Positions 23,651 through 33,846 of a stretch of 64,000 bases of DNA are shown piece by piece (the first letter of the stretch is position 1; each line of letters begins with the position of its first letter). Below the pieces are notes generated by a model that was not told where the DNA came from, did no database searches, and was given only the letters and a program-made list of their open reading frames with translations. The position numbers were made by a program, and so were the translations under genes. This DNA is from Candidatus Binatus soli (lineage in GTDB: Bacteria > Desulfobacterota > Binatia > Binatales > Binataceae). Location: assembly GCA_002479255.1 (NCBI GenBank), contig DLMJ01000021.1, positions 68,943 through 132,942 on the forward strand. Direction: 5' to 3'.

Positions 23651-23771
23651 AGCCATCGCCGGTACCGCGACGGAGTTTCTCTATGACGGTCTCAACCCTG
23701 TCCAGGAGCTGCAGTCGGGAACTCCAAGCGCCAATCTGCTGACGGGGCTCAGTGAAAACGGAAACCCGTAA
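23649..23771 (+). pseudogene. Internal fragment of an RHS/YD-repeat protein
   Basis: KAIAGTATEFLYDGLNPVQELQSGTPSANLLTGL matches the FLYDG.NPVQE RHS repeat pattern. Confidence 0.7.
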
Positions 23772-26186
23772 TCATAGGTTCAACGCGGGGAGCGGGATTG
23801 TCAGAGTGTCATAAACGGTAATTCTCGGACCGTAAGCGGCTTGAAAAACCCCAATCCCCGTCGTCGGCCTGATCAGGTTGGTGCGATCGAAGATGTTAAG
23901 AATCGTGATCCGGTTGCTCACTTCGCCGATCGATGGCACCTCGAAACTTCTCTGCCCGCTGAGATCAACCTGGACCACGTGCGACAGCGATTCCAAATCG
24001 GCAAAGCCTCCCCGCAAACCGCTGCTATAGAGAGCTTCGGCGCTGAAAACCCATGGCTTCCATCGATAGGTGATCCCGCCTGAGGCGCCGTAAAGCGGCT
24101 GATGATCGAGCACGATGTAGTGCCGGTTGATGTAGCCCAGCTCTTCCGGATCGAAGTTGAACTGCCCGGTCGCTACACCTTTCTCCATGTTCCTGCCGAT
24201 GGTGGTGCTGGCATGAATCGAGAAATTTGCACCACTGTACGTAACCGCGGTTTCCGTGCCCCAGATGTAGCCGTGCTTGTAGTTGAAGGGTGCAAAAATC
24301 GGCACTACCCCAAACTGTCCAATATCGAGGTAGTGTTTGGTGTATTCGTAGAAAGCATCTTCCGAGACGGTTATGTGGTTCGCCAGTTGATGAACCACGC
24401 CCGCATCCCACTCATAGTCGTCTTCGGTTTCGGGCGTGACCGTCCCGGTTCCCGCCAGGCCTGTCGTGCCGGCAAACGCGGCAGGCGCCCCCGGCGAGAT
24501 TCCCTGAAAGCTCGGCACCTGCATGTAGCGGGCGAACCCGCCATGGAGCGTGGTGTCGGGCCGTAGCAAATAGACGAGATTGATTGTGGGATCGATCTGA
24601 TTGTTGTAGGTAAAGCCGCTCAAACGATCCCATCGCACGCCGACATTGGCGCGTAGTCTCTCGGTCATTTGCCAGGTGTCTTGCAGGTAGATGCCGGACA
24701 CCAGATTGATCTTGTTGGTATTGTTGACTACCCGGACCGGGACGAAAGGAGGCCCTATCTGATGGCCGGCGGAATCGACTTTGAACACCCGAGAGTTATC
24801 GTCGGACTCCACCCCGTATTCACCAAGGTAGATGCCCGTGCCAAGTGTGTGGCTGCCAAGCTCGTAGGTCAGGTCACCCTCCAGAGTATTGTCGAGATCG
24901 CTGTGAAAGGCGGTTGACGCTACGCCTTGATAAAGAAGTTCGCCTACATTGTCGGGCTCGTAGGCCTGCGAGATATAGTGGGCCGAATATGCGAGCTGGT
25001 AGGAAAGTCCGGGCGCAGGCGCTCCATTCAGCGCCAATATGCCGAGATAGTCGCGAAAGTCGAGATAGGAGTTGATATCGGCCGACGGTTCGAAACCGGC
25101 ACCCGATAGCTGGAATTGAGGTGTGAGATTGGCCTGGTTGGGCAGTTGGTTGTCACTTGCAGCTACCGAGGTGATGAGACTCAGCCGGGTAGTTGGGTTC
25201 AAATCGTAGGCAAAGAAACCAAATGCCTGACCCTGATTGGTATGATCGTGAATTGCATCCGGCGCCGGCGTGGCGGAGCTGAACGCGGAGTTGCTTTGGC
25301 TATACAGTCCGCTTAGGTAGTAGCTGAACTTGCCGTCGCATCCGCCGTACTGGAAGCTCGGCTGAACCGTGTTGCGCTGCCCGCCGTACATGCTGACACT
25401 GCCACCGGGCTTGTCGCATCCGTCTTTGGTCTCGATGTTCAGCACTCCGCCGGTGGCGTAGCTGTAGCGCGACGGCAAGATGCCATCGAGGAGACTCATC
25501 TGCTTGATGAACATCGGATTTATCATCGAGAGGAAGGGTGGGTTGGTGTTGATGTCGAGCGGCACCGTGACGCCGTTTATCTGATACTGAAATTGCGGGC
25601 CTTCGGTGTTGCGGATGTGGATTTGCTGATTTTGATCGATCGCGACGCCGGGCATCTGCGCCAATACGTCGGTGAGATTGGTGTTGTCGCCGCGCGGCAG
25701 GTTGGAAATGTCCTGTGCGGTTACGGTGTACTTGTTTGCGCCTGTCGTGGAGACGCCATTGGGCGCACGCATCAGACTGGCCTGGACCGGAACGCTTAGC
25801 GCGGTCTCAGCATCAAGGCTCAGCAAGATCGGCTCTTCGCGGCTCGGCGGGAAGCCGACAATTTTGTTTGCGGACTTGAATCCGGGCTTCATCGCCACGA
25901 GCGAATAAACGCCCGGCTCAGCGGGAGCGATTTGGAACCGTCCGGCCCGGTCGGTGGTTGCGCGGGCGACCGCGGCGCCACTCTGGGTGCGTAATTCGAG
26001 GTTCACCTTGGCCAGCGGCCGGCCGAGCGCGTCGCTGACGGTGCCGGATATTTGTTGCGTGCCGGCTGAACAGGGGGACGCGAAGGCAAGCGCCAGCGAG
26101 AATGCGAGCGTGAGCGCGCGCCATATCGGCGTCGTAATGGCCGCCGATCTGGCGCCCCGGCAGAGGGTTGGTTGATACTTTGACAT
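23772..26186 (-). CDS. TonB-dependent receptor with an N-terminal carboxypeptidase-regulatory-like domain
   Basis: ISGTVSD..G.PL, LAQMPGV..D..QIHIR..QYQING plug, YLQDTWQ and NIFDR. Confidence 0.9.
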   Translation of the reverse strand: MSKYQPTLCRGARSAAITTPIWRALTLAFSLALAFASPCSAGTQQISGTVSDALGRPLAKVNLELRTQSGAAVARATTDRAGRFQIAPAEPGVYSLVAMKPGFKSANKIVGFPPSREEPILLSLDAETALSVPVQASLMRAPNGVSTTGANKYTVTAQDISNLPRGDNTNLTDVLAQMPGVAIDQNQQIHIRNTEGPQFQYQINGVTVPLDINTNPPFLSMINPMFIKQMSLLDGILPSRYSYATGGVLNIETKDGCDKPGGSVSMYGGQRNTVQPSFQYGGCDGKFSYYLSGLYSQSNSAFSSATPAPDAIHDHTNQGQAFGFFAYDLNPTTRLSLITSVAASDNQLPNQANLTPQFQLSGAGFEPSADINSYLDFRDYLGILALNGAPAPGLSYQLAYSAHYISQAYEPDNVGELLYQGVASTAFHSDLDNTLEGDLTYELGSHTLGTGIYLGEYGVESDDNSRVFKVDSAGHQIGPPFVPVRVVNNTNKINLVSGIYLQDTWQMTERLRANVGVRWDRLSGFTYNNQIDPTINLVYLLRPDTTLHGGFARYMQVPSFQGISPGAPAAFAGTTGLAGTGTVTPETEDDYEWDAGVVHQLANHITVSEDAFYEYTKHYLDIGQFGVVPIFAPFNYKHGYIWGTETAVTYSGANFSIHASTTIGRNMEKGVATGQFNFDPEELGYINRHYIVLDHQPLYGASGGITYRWKPWVFSAEALYSSGLRGGFADLESLSHVVQVDLSGQRSFEVPSIGEVSNRITILNIFDRTNLIRPTTGIGVFQAAYGPRITVYDTLTIPLPALNL

Positions 26187-26193
26187 ACTAGAA

Positions 26194-26212
26194 GACAATG
26201 AGAATCATTATC
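26194..26212. promoter_or_regulatory. Fur box overlapping the TBDR promoter
   Basis: GACAATGAGAATCATTATC is 17/19 to the GATAATGATAATCATTATC consensus; TTGACC -35 lies on the minus strand at 26234-26239. Confidence 0.8.
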
Positions 26213-26389
26213 AATAGCCCACGCGCCAGTTTTGGTCAAACGCCCGCTCACCCTCCGGCTGCTCTCCGCCCAGGGAATCGCCGGCCCAAGCGACACGATG
26301 TGGCCGGCCACGTTCGTGCGAGCCGGGTTCTTCGCGCTTGAATGGAACCTGATCGCTGGTAGTAAGATGCGATCATTGGAGGAAGCACA

Positions 26390-26995
26390 GTGACAAAACT
26401 TTACGGAACTTCACGATCGCGCAGCGCTCGGTCCTTGTGGGCTCTCGAAGAACTCGGCGTCAAATACGAGCACGTTCCGATTGCGACGGCCGAAGCCAAG
26501 TCGGCCGAGAATCTCAAACGCAATCCCAACGGGCACGTGCCGGTGCTTGAAGACGACGGCGTGGTGGTTTGGGAATCGATGGCGATCAATCTCTACCTGG
26601 CCGAAAAGTACGGGAAGAATTCGCTGTGGCCGCCGGACCCCGCCGCCCACGCCGACATCTACAAGTGGAGCTTCTGGGCGATGAGCGAGGTCGAGCCGCA
26701 TCTCATCACGCTCTTGCGCAATCGAGTAATGAATCCCCCCGAGCAGCGTGACGAAAAAGCCGCGCAGGCTGCCGTCGAAACTTTGAAGGCGCCGCTGAAC
26801 GCGCTCGAGGAATCGCTCAAGGGCAAGGAATATCTGCTCGGCAAGAACTTTACGATCGCGGACTTGAACGTGGCCGCCGTCATGAGCTGGGCGCCGATGA
26901 TGAAGCTCGACTTGTCGTCGACTCCGAACGTGCAGGCGTGGTTGCAAAAGTGTCTTGGGCGGGAAGCCAATAAGAAGGTTCGCGGGCTGAAGTAG
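26390..26995 (+). CDS. Glutathione S-transferase family protein
   Basis: SRS.R..W.LEELG, NPNGHVP.L.D, WESMAI..YL and FTIADL. Confidence 0.95.
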   Translation: MTKLYGTSRSRSARSLWALEELGVKYEHVPIATAEAKSAENLKRNPNGHVPVLEDDGVVVWESMAINLYLAEKYGKNSLWPPDPAAHADIYKWSFWAMSEVEPHLITLLRNRVMNPPEQRDEKAAQAAVETLKAPLNALEESLKGKEYLLGKNFTIADLNVAAVMSWAPMMKLDLSSTPNVQAWLQKCLGREANKKVRGLK

Positions 26996-27113
26996 TCGAT
27001 CATCGCGACCGCCTGTAGAACGGGGTACCGATCAGCGGGTCGGCGCGCGGCTTGTGTTAAGGTTGTGCGTCAAATCGCGCCGGCTCAATCGCGCCGACGG
27101 TGAGGTGAGAACT

Positions 27114-28301
27114 ATGGGAGTGTTGTCAGGCTATCGCGTCATCGAACTGGCCGGGATTGGCCCCGGACCAATGTGTGCGATGCTGCTCTCGGACATGGGC
27201 GCCGACGTGCTACGCATCGATCGCGCGACGGACGCGGGCTTGGGCATCGCGCTGGAAACGAAATACAGCCTGCTCAATCGCGGGCGGCGCTCGGTGGCGT
27301 TCGATCTCAAACGGCCCGAAGCGACAGCGGCCGTGTTGCGGCTGGTCGAGAAAGCGGACGCATTGATCGAAGGCTTCCGTCCCGGCGTAACCGAGCGGCT
27401 CGGCCTGGGTCCCGACCGCTGCCTCGCGCGCAATCCCCGCCTGATCTACGGACGCATGACGGGATGGGGACAGGAAGGGCCGCTGGCGCATGCGGCCGGT
27501 CACGACATCAACTACATCGCGCTGTCCGGCGCGCTGCACAGCATCGGGCGCAAGGGCGAGGCTCCGGTTCCGCCGCTGAACCTGGTTGGCGATTTCGGGG
27601 GCGGCGCACTTTACCTGGCGCTGGGAGTGGTCGCGGGGCTGCTTGAGGCGCAGAAATCCGGCAAGGGCCAGGTGGTGGATGCCGCGATGGTGGATGGAGC
27701 GGCGTCGTTGATGACCGCGATCTACGGTCTGCACGGTTCGGGTTTATGGAACAACGAACGCGGCGACAACGTCCTCGACACGGGCGCTCATTTCTACGAG
27801 GTTTACGAAACCAGGGACGGCAAGCACGTCGCGATCGGATCGATCGAAGCAAAGTTCTACAAGGAATTGCTCCGGCTGTCGGGCCTCAAGGGCGAGAATC
27901 TGCCGGGTCAAGTCGATCGCAAATCGTGGCCTGCGATGAAGGAGCGGCTGAAGACGCTGTTCCGCACCAGGACGCGCGACGAATGGTGCAAGATCATGGA
28001 GGGCAGCGACGTTTGTTTCGCGCCGGTGCTCAGCATGGATGAAGCGCCGCGCCATCCGCACAATCGGCATCGCGGAACTTTCGTCGAGCACGGGGGCGTG
28101 ACGCAGCCGGGGCCGGCGCCCCGATTCAGCCGGACGCCGAGCGCGATTCAGCGCCTGCCGGCAAGGCCGGGCGAGCATAGCGAAGAAGCGTTGCGCGACT
28201 GGGGCTTCGCCGACTCGGATTTGGAGAGGCTGCGCAAATGCGGCGCGGTCGCGCAAAGTCAGCGTGACCGCAAAGTCAGCGTGACGCGGCGCGAAGCCTA
28301 G
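27114..28301 (+). CDS. CaiB/BaiF CoA-transferase, alpha-methylacyl-CoA racemase type
   Basis: [29 protein letters not shown] and NLVGDFGGG. Confidence 0.92.
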   Translation: MGVLSGYRVIELAGIGPGPMCAMLLSDMGADVLRIDRATDAGLGIALETKYSLLNRGRRSVAFDLKRPEATAAVLRLVEKADALIEGFRPGVTERLGLGPDRCLARNPRLIYGRMTGWGQEGPLAHAAGHDINYIALSGALHSIGRKGEAPVPPLNLVGDFGGGALYLALGVVAGLLEAQKSGKGQVVDAAMVDGAASLMTAIYGLHGSGLWNNERGDNVLDTGAHFYEVYETRDGKHVAIGSIEAKFYKELLRLSGLKGENLPGQVDRKSWPAMKERLKTLFRTRTRDEWCKIMEGSDVCFAPVLSMDEAPRHPHNRHRGTFVEHGGVTQPGPAPRFSRTPSAIQRLPARPGEHSEEALRDWGFADSDLERLRKCGAVAQSQRDRKVSVTRREA

Positions 28302-29206
28302 GCGCGACCGGTCAGACGAGCGCGTTCCAGCACGCCTTCGAAGATTCGCACCGCGACCGCGTCAATGAGCATCCCGCCCGCGCCGGCAGCGCCCGCGCCT
28401 TCGCGCGTGGCGGCCTGGTAGGCCTCGGACATTTTGCGCGCGGTTTCAATTTCGTGCGGCGTCGGCGCGAACACGTCGTTGGCGATTTCGATCTGGCTCG
28501 GGTGTATTGCCCACTTGCCGACCGCGCCAAGCGTCGCCGCCCAGGTGGCCTCGCGCCGATAGCCTTCCGGATCCCTGAAGTTACCAAAGGGTCCATCGAT
28601 TGCGTCGATGCCGTTGGCACGGCACGCGGTGATCATGCGGACGCGCGCATGATGCCACATATCGCCGGGATATCGATTTGCCGGATCGGACGCGACGCCG
28701 AAGCGCATGCCCTGGCTCGCCGAAAGATCGCCGAAGCCGAGGATCAGAGCCTCCAGCCGCGGCGACGACGCGGCAATTTCCTCGACGCGGGCGAGCGCCG
28801 CACTTTCTTCGATCAGCGCCTCGAGGCCGATCTTGTTCTTCAGATGGAGCTTGGTCTCAAGCTGGGTCAGCAGCGTGTCGAAGAACCAGATGTCGCGCGG
28901 CGCCTTCGGCTTCGGGACGATTATGATATCGAGCTTGTCACCCGCGCCCTCGACAACTTCGATCACATCGTCATGCGCCCAGTGCGTGTCCGCACCGTTG
29001 ACGCGCACGGCGCGAATCTTTTTGCCCCAATCGAGATTGCGGAGCGCCTCGATGGCGTTCTTGCGCGCCGCCTCTTTCTGCGACGGCGCGACGGCATCTT
29101 CAAGATCGAGGAAAACCATGTCGGCCGCGGTCCCCATCGCCTTCTCGAACATTTTGGGACTCGAAGCCGGCGTCGAAAGTTCGGAACGTCTTAGTCGAAG
29201 CGTCAT
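28298..29206 (-). CDS. CitE-family CoA-ester lyase (malyl-/methylmalyl-/citramalyl-CoA lyase-like)
   Basis: [21 protein letters not shown] and GKWAIHPSQ. Confidence 0.9.
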   Translation of the reverse strand: MTLRLRRSELSTPASSPKMFEKAMGTAADMVFLDLEDAVAPSQKEAARKNAIEALRNLDWGKKIRAVRVNGADTHWAHDDVIEVVEGAGDKLDIIIVPKPKAPRDIWFFDTLLTQLETKLHLKNKIGLEALIEESAALARVEEIAASSPRLEALILGFGDLSASQGMRFGVASDPANRYPGDMWHHARVRMITACRANGIDAIDGPFGNFRDPEGYRREATWAATLGAVGKWAIHPSQIEIANDVFAPTPHEIETARKMSEAYQAATREGAGAAGAGGMLIDAVAVRIFEGVLERARLTGRA

Positions 29207-30414
29207 GATTGCTCCTTGTGCGCGATTGATATTCCCGCCTCAGCGAGTATCTGCTCGGTATTTTCGCCCAAGCGCGGCGCGCGCGCGTAAATCCCCGACG
29301 GCGTACCCGTCAGCTTGATCGGACATCCCGCCAGCACCAGTGGAGGATTGTCGCCCGGCTGTTCTACCTCGATCAGCATGCCGCGCGCCCTCGGATGCGG
29401 ATCCTCGAAGATATCCTTGGCGCTGTTGACCGGGCCAACCGGCGCCTTGCCGCCGATCGCGGCTACGATTTCGCGCGTGCTATGCGCTTTCGTCCACTCC
29501 GAGATAAGGCCGCGCACGAAATCGGCATTTGCGACTCGCCTCCTGCCGTTGCGGGTGCGGTCGTCGCTCACAAGCTCGGGCCTGCCGATCGCATCGCACA
29601 GAATCTTCCAATGATTCTCGCCGGGCGCCGCGATGGCGACGGCGCCGTCGCGCGTGGGAAAAATATCGAATGGACACAGCACCGGGGTCCCGTTGCCGGC
29701 CGGTTCCCTGATGACGCCGGCGCCCGCGTAGCTGTAAACGATCATTTCGCACAGGGCGAGAACCGCGTCGTACATCGCTACGTCGAGAAATTGTCCCTGC
29801 CCGGTCCGACGCGCTGCATGAATCGCCGACACCACTCCAAGCGCGGCCAGCGTGCCGGGATAGATGTCGCCGACCGCGGGGCCGGCTCTGTAGCCGGCGC
29901 TGCCTTGCGGACCCGTGACGGCGACCAACCCGCCCATGCTTTGCGCAACGATGTCGAACGCGGGCCAATCCGCATACGGGCTCAGGCCGGTCCGCGGATC
30001 TCCGAAGCCGCGAATCGCGGCATAGACGAGGGCGGGATTAATTTCGCGCAGCCGCTCGTAGCCGATTCCCGCGCGATCCATCACGCCGACCTTCGCATTC
30101 TCGACGACCGCGTCCGCCGTCTTCGCGAGCCTGAAAAGCGCGGCGCGGCCGGCGTCGGTCTTGATGTCGAGCACGATGCTGCGCTTGTTGCGATTGACGC
30201 TGGCAAAGTAACCGCCGTAGTCACAGCCCTTTCGATCGGCAGGATGCGGTCCGATGCTTCTGCTCATGTCGCCGCCGGGCGGCTCGACCTTGACCACGTC
30301 GGCGCCAAGGTCAGCCAGCAGCATCGTGCAGTACGGACCGGCCAGCGCCTGCGTCAGATCGAGGATGCGAACATCCGACAACGGCCCCGTGCGCGCGTTC
30401 AACGATTGCCCCAA
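29203..30414 (-). CDS. Class III CoA-transferase (CaiB/BaiF; mesaconate/itaconate CoA-transferase-like)
   Basis: LDLTQALAGPYCTM.LADLGA, NRNKRSI and AFDIVAQSMGG. Confidence 0.9.
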   Translation of the reverse strand: MGQSLNARTGPLSDVRILDLTQALAGPYCTMLLADLGADVVKVEPPGGDMSRSIGPHPADRKGCDYGGYFASVNRNKRSIVLDIKTDAGRAALFRLAKTADAVVENAKVGVMDRAGIGYERLREINPALVYAAIRGFGDPRTGLSPYADWPAFDIVAQSMGGLVAVTGPQGSAGYRAGPAVGDIYPGTLAALGVVSAIHAARRTGQGQFLDVAMYDAVLALCEMIVYSYAGAGVIREPAGNGTPVLCPFDIFPTRDGAVAIAAPGENHWKILCDAIGRPELVSDDRTRNGRRRVANADFVRGLISEWTKAHSTREIVAAIGGKAPVGPVNSAKDIFEDPHPRARGMLIEVEQPGDNPPLVLAGCPIKLTGTPSGIYARAPRLGENTEQILAEAGISIAHKEQS

Positions 30415-30884
30415 TGCGAGCGTCGCTTGATCAGCACCGTGCGCTCGCCTTCGAAGACGATCGTCCCGTCATGCTTGGTTCCCCAATGCTTGAAGCGGAC
30501 GATGCCGGCGTCGGCGCGATCGGCGTCGCGCTTTTCAAGAACTTCGCTATAGGCGTACAGCGTGTCGCCATGAAAGACCGGCGAGGTGAACCTGATTCCC
30601 GTCAAGCCGAGTTCGGCGAGCGCATTTTCGCCCGTGTCCTGCGTCGCCAGCCCGATGCACACCGAGCCGGTCACCAACCCGAAGACGAGCCGCTGGCCGA
30701 ATTGCGTCGAGCGCATGCGATGCTCGTTGTAGTGGCTGTCGGCGGTGTTCAGCACGAGCTTGGTGAGCATCTGATTTTCGACCTCGCCGATGGTGGTGCC
30801 GCGTGCGTGACGCAATTTCGCGCCGACTTCGAAGTCTTCGAAGTAATTGCCGGCGCCGGTCAGCTTCGAGATCGATGCGCTCAT
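30399..30884 (-). CDS. MaoC-family hotdog dehydratase subunit
   Basis: YFEDFEVG..H.RG.T, NTA..H.N and PVFHGDTLYA. Confidence 0.9.
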   Translation of the reverse strand: MSASISKLTGAGNYFEDFEVGAKLRHARGTTIGEVENQMLTKLVLNTADSHYNEHRMRSTQFGQRLVFGLVTGSVCIGLATQDTGENALAELGLTGIRFTSPVFHGDTLYAYSEVLEKRDADRADAGIVRFKHWGTKHDGTIVFEGERTVLIKRRSHWGNR

Positions 30885-30895
30885 TTTTTACCTTT

Positions 30896-32071
30896 TCACC
30901 TTCTCGCTCTCGGCAGCAGACGATCGGAGATAATCCGCAGCTGGATTTCGGAAGTTCCCTCGAAAATCTTGGTCAGACGCGCGTCGCGCCAGTAGCGCTC
31001 GAGCGGAAAGTCCTTGGTGTATCCGTAGCCGCCGTGAATCTGAATCGCCTCGCTGGTGACGCGCTCGGACATTTCGGAGGCGAACAGCTTCGCCATCGAA
31101 GCCTCCTTGTCGCATCGCCGCCTGCCGTCAATTTCGGTGGCGACAAAGTGGGTCAACTGGCGCGCGGCTTCGATCTCGGTCGCCATCTCGGCCAGCTTGA
31201 AGCGAATCGCCTGGAATTCTCCGATCGGCTGCCCGAATTGGACCCGCGTCTGCGCGTATGCCAATGAGTCTTCGAGTCCGCCGCGTGCAAGCCCGATCGC
31301 TCGCGCCGCGGTATGCACCCGGGCGACCTCGAGTCCGCTGACCGCGCCGTAGAATCCCTTGCCCTCGCCGCGGTCTTCGCGCTCGCGGCCGAGCAACGCG
31401 TCGGCCGGCAGCTTGAAGTTGTCGAAGTGCAGCTCCCACGTCTTCCAGCCGAAGTAGCCGATCTTGCGAATCGGCGAACCCGTCAGCCCCGGCGGAAACT
31501 TGTCGCGTTCTTTGAGGACGAGGAATTGACTGATGCCTTCGTGGCGGCGGTGTGGATCGGACGGTTGCTTGGTGCGCGCCAGCACCGAGATGAAATCCGC
31601 GCCGTCGGCAAACGTGCACCACATTTTGCTGCCGTTCAGCATCCAGCCATCGCCGTCGCGGGTCGCTTTGCACGAGACGTTGGCGAGATCTGAGCCCGCC
31701 TCTGCCTCCGACAGCGCAGCCGCGCCGAGGAATTCTCCACGCGCCATCCGCGGCAGATATTGGCGCCTTTGCTCCGCCGTGAAACCGCCGCCGAGTCCGT
31801 TGCCGCGCGCGATTATGCTGGCGACGCTCATCCATGCGCGCGCGAGTTCTTCGGTGATCAGCACGTACTCGAACGCCCCCAGGCCAAGTCCGCCATACGC
31901 CTCCGGGATGACGATTCCGAAGTAGCCCATCTCGGCAAGCTTGTCCCGCAACGACATCGGGATATCGCCTTGTTCGGGATCGAGCTTGTTCGCAAGCGGC
32001 AGAACTTCGTTCATGGCGAAATCGCGCGCCGCCTGCTGAATCATCCGCCGCTCGTCGGTCATGTAACTCAC
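30896..32071 (-). CDS. Acyl-CoA dehydrogenase
   Basis: ALSEAEAGSD, LNGSKMW and QIHGGYGY...ERYWRDAR...IFEGTSEIQ. Confidence 0.95.
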   Translation of the reverse strand: MSYMTDERRMIQQAARDFAMNEVLPLANKLDPEQGDIPMSLRDKLAEMGYFGIVIPEAYGGLGLGAFEYVLITEELARAWMSVASIIARGNGLGGGFTAEQRRQYLPRMARGEFLGAAALSEAEAGSDLANVSCKATRDGDGWMLNGSKMWCTFADGADFISVLARTKQPSDPHRRHEGISQFLVLKERDKFPPGLTGSPIRKIGYFGWKTWELHFDNFKLPADALLGREREDRGEGKGFYGAVSGLEVARVHTAARAIGLARGGLEDSLAYAQTRVQFGQPIGEFQAIRFKLAEMATEIEAARQLTHFVATEIDGRRRCDKEASMAKLFASEMSERVTSEAIQIHGGYGYTKDFPLERYWRDARLTKIFEGTSEIQLRIISDRLLPRARR

Positions 32072-32562
32072 TGTGGCGCTCCTCTGCGTTTGGCGACCAG
32101 GTTCGTCCGCTCGTAGCTGATGACGAGTTCATCGCGCTGATTGCGGGCTTCGGTACGCCACGTGACGATTCCGAAGTTGCCGCGGCTTGCGGATTCGCGC
32201 GTGGAGATGACGGTGCTGCGCGCGGTCAGCGTATCGCCCGGATAGACCGGGCGGTGAAATTCCAACCCGTTGATGCCGAGAAACGGTCCGCCCGCTTCGC
32301 TCAAATCCTCGACCGAAATGCCGACCACCGTGCACGCGACCAGCATCGGATTAACCACCACGTCGGGATGACCGTGCGCGCGGGCATACTCGGCGTTGAA
32401 GTACAGCGGGCAATGCGCGAGCGTCGCGGTGGTGAAAATCGAATTGTCGCCGGCGTTTATCGTGCGCCCCCAATGATGCTCGAAAACCTGGCCTTGGTGG
32501 AATTCTTCGAACGAATGGCCTTTCGGCACGAGTTTGAACTGACTGAAATCGGGATCTGCCAT
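32068..32562 (-). CDS. MaoC-family hotdog dehydratase subunit
   Basis: FEEF..GQVFEH..GRTI..GDN..F, PLYFN.EYA and PVYPGDTL. Confidence 0.9.
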   Translation of the reverse strand: MADPDFSQFKLVPKGHSFEEFHQGQVFEHHWGRTINAGDNSIFTTATLAHCPLYFNAEYARAHGHPDVVVNPMLVACTVVGISVEDLSEAGGPFLGINGLEFHRPVYPGDTLTARSTVISTRESASRGNFGIVTWRTEARNQRDELVISYERTNLVAKRRGAPQ

Positions 32563-32752
32563 GGACCATGCTCCTAGCAAAACTCTCGTCGCGCGGCGAA
32601 CTCCGACAACGGGTTTCTAATCGCTATGCGACGCCGTTAATTTGCGACTATTGCACGGACCCGCGGCTTTCAGGAAATGGCCCTATCGACAGCTTCAGCG
32701 CGATTCCAGCCGCCGGCATTCTTCGCGAACTGAATCCGCGAAAATTGTGAGC

Positions 32753-33715
32753 CTAAGGGATCAGAAGAACCCTGCCCACTGCCTGCCGGCTCTCGATGTA
32801 AGCGTGGGCTGCCGCGGCCTCCGATAGAGGGAAGGTTCGATCGATCACGACCTTGAATTCGCCTCTGGCGATCTCGTCGATCAGGCGCTGGATCATATTG
32901 TGCACGCGCTCGGTGCCAATTTCGGCACCCAGAAAAACTCCCGTCAAAGAGCGGTTGCCTGCCATCAGCGGGGAGACGTCCACCGTCATCGGTTCGCGTC
33001 CCGCCGCGCCGACCATCGAGACGCGGCCGCGATAGGCAAGCGATAGAAGGCTGCCCTGCAAGGTCGCGCCGCCGACCGGGTCAACAACGAGATCGACGCC
33101 CCTCTGATTGGTAATTTTCATGACCGACTTTACGACGTCATCGGTCCGGTAGTTGATCCCATGATCGAGGCCGAGCGGCTTCAGCCGTTCCAGCCGCTCA
33201 TCGCTCGATGCTGTCGCGAGCACTGTCGCGCCTGCCCGCTTGGCGAGCTGAATTGCGGCAACGCCGACACCGCTCGCGCCCGCCTGCACCAGAACCGTTT
33301 CTCCCGCCTTGAGCCGGCCGTACTCAAACAGGCAATCGTCGGCGGTGCCGAACGGCACGGGGATCGCTGCCGCAAGCTTGACGTCGAATCCTTTTGGGAC
33401 CGGCCATGCGTTGCGGGCCGGCACCGCTCGCAGCGCGGCGTGAGAGCCGAAGTTGTAAACGGTAGTTACCTTCTGGCCGACCCGCAGGTTGGTCACCTGC
33501 GAACCAACCTCGACAATCTCGCCAGCGGCCTGGTAGCCAACCACATGCGGCTTGGTGAGCAGTGCTCCATGCCAACGATTGAGCGTGTCGCCGCCCTCGA
33601 TGCTCACCGCCTCGACGCGGATCACAACGCCTTTCGGATGGCATACGGGATCGGGAACATCCTCGTACTTGAGAACCTCCGGACCACCGTTTTGATAATA
33701 GACAGCAGCCTTCAT
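32753..33715 (-). CDS. MDR-family NADPH:quinone oxidoreductase / zinc-type alcohol dehydrogenase-like protein
   Basis: GGPEVL, GETVLVQAGASGVG.AAIQLAK and VVDPVGG. Confidence 0.92.
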   Translation of the reverse strand: MKAAVYYQNGGPEVLKYEDVPDPVCHPKGVVIRVEAVSIEGGDTLNRWHGALLTKPHVVGYQAAGEIVEVGSQVTNLRVGQKVTTVYNFGSHAALRAVPARNAWPVPKGFDVKLAAAIPVPFGTADDCLFEYGRLKAGETVLVQAGASGVGVAAIQLAKRAGATVLATASSDERLERLKPLGLDHGINYRTDDVVKSVMKITNQRGVDLVVDPVGGATLQGSLLSLAYRGRVSMVGAAGREPMTVDVSPLMAGNRSLTGVFLGAEIGTERVHNMIQRLIDEIARGEFKVVIDRTFPLSEAAAAHAYIESRQAVGRVLLIP

Positions 33716-33846
33716 CGCGCATCTCCTCCAATCAGTTTGCCGTCAGCGGCATCAGCCTCGCTGATGATCTAGTACGAATTCGCACAATTGTCGCGCGTCG
33801 ATAAGAGTGCGGCGGCGGGCGTTCCTCCGCTATAATCCATCCCAAG

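Noticed and set aside
26260..26345. Cobalamin riboswitch near the TonB receptor
   Set aside because: No B12 box or conserved core recognised, and the GGGAA motif is on the wrong strand for the receptor
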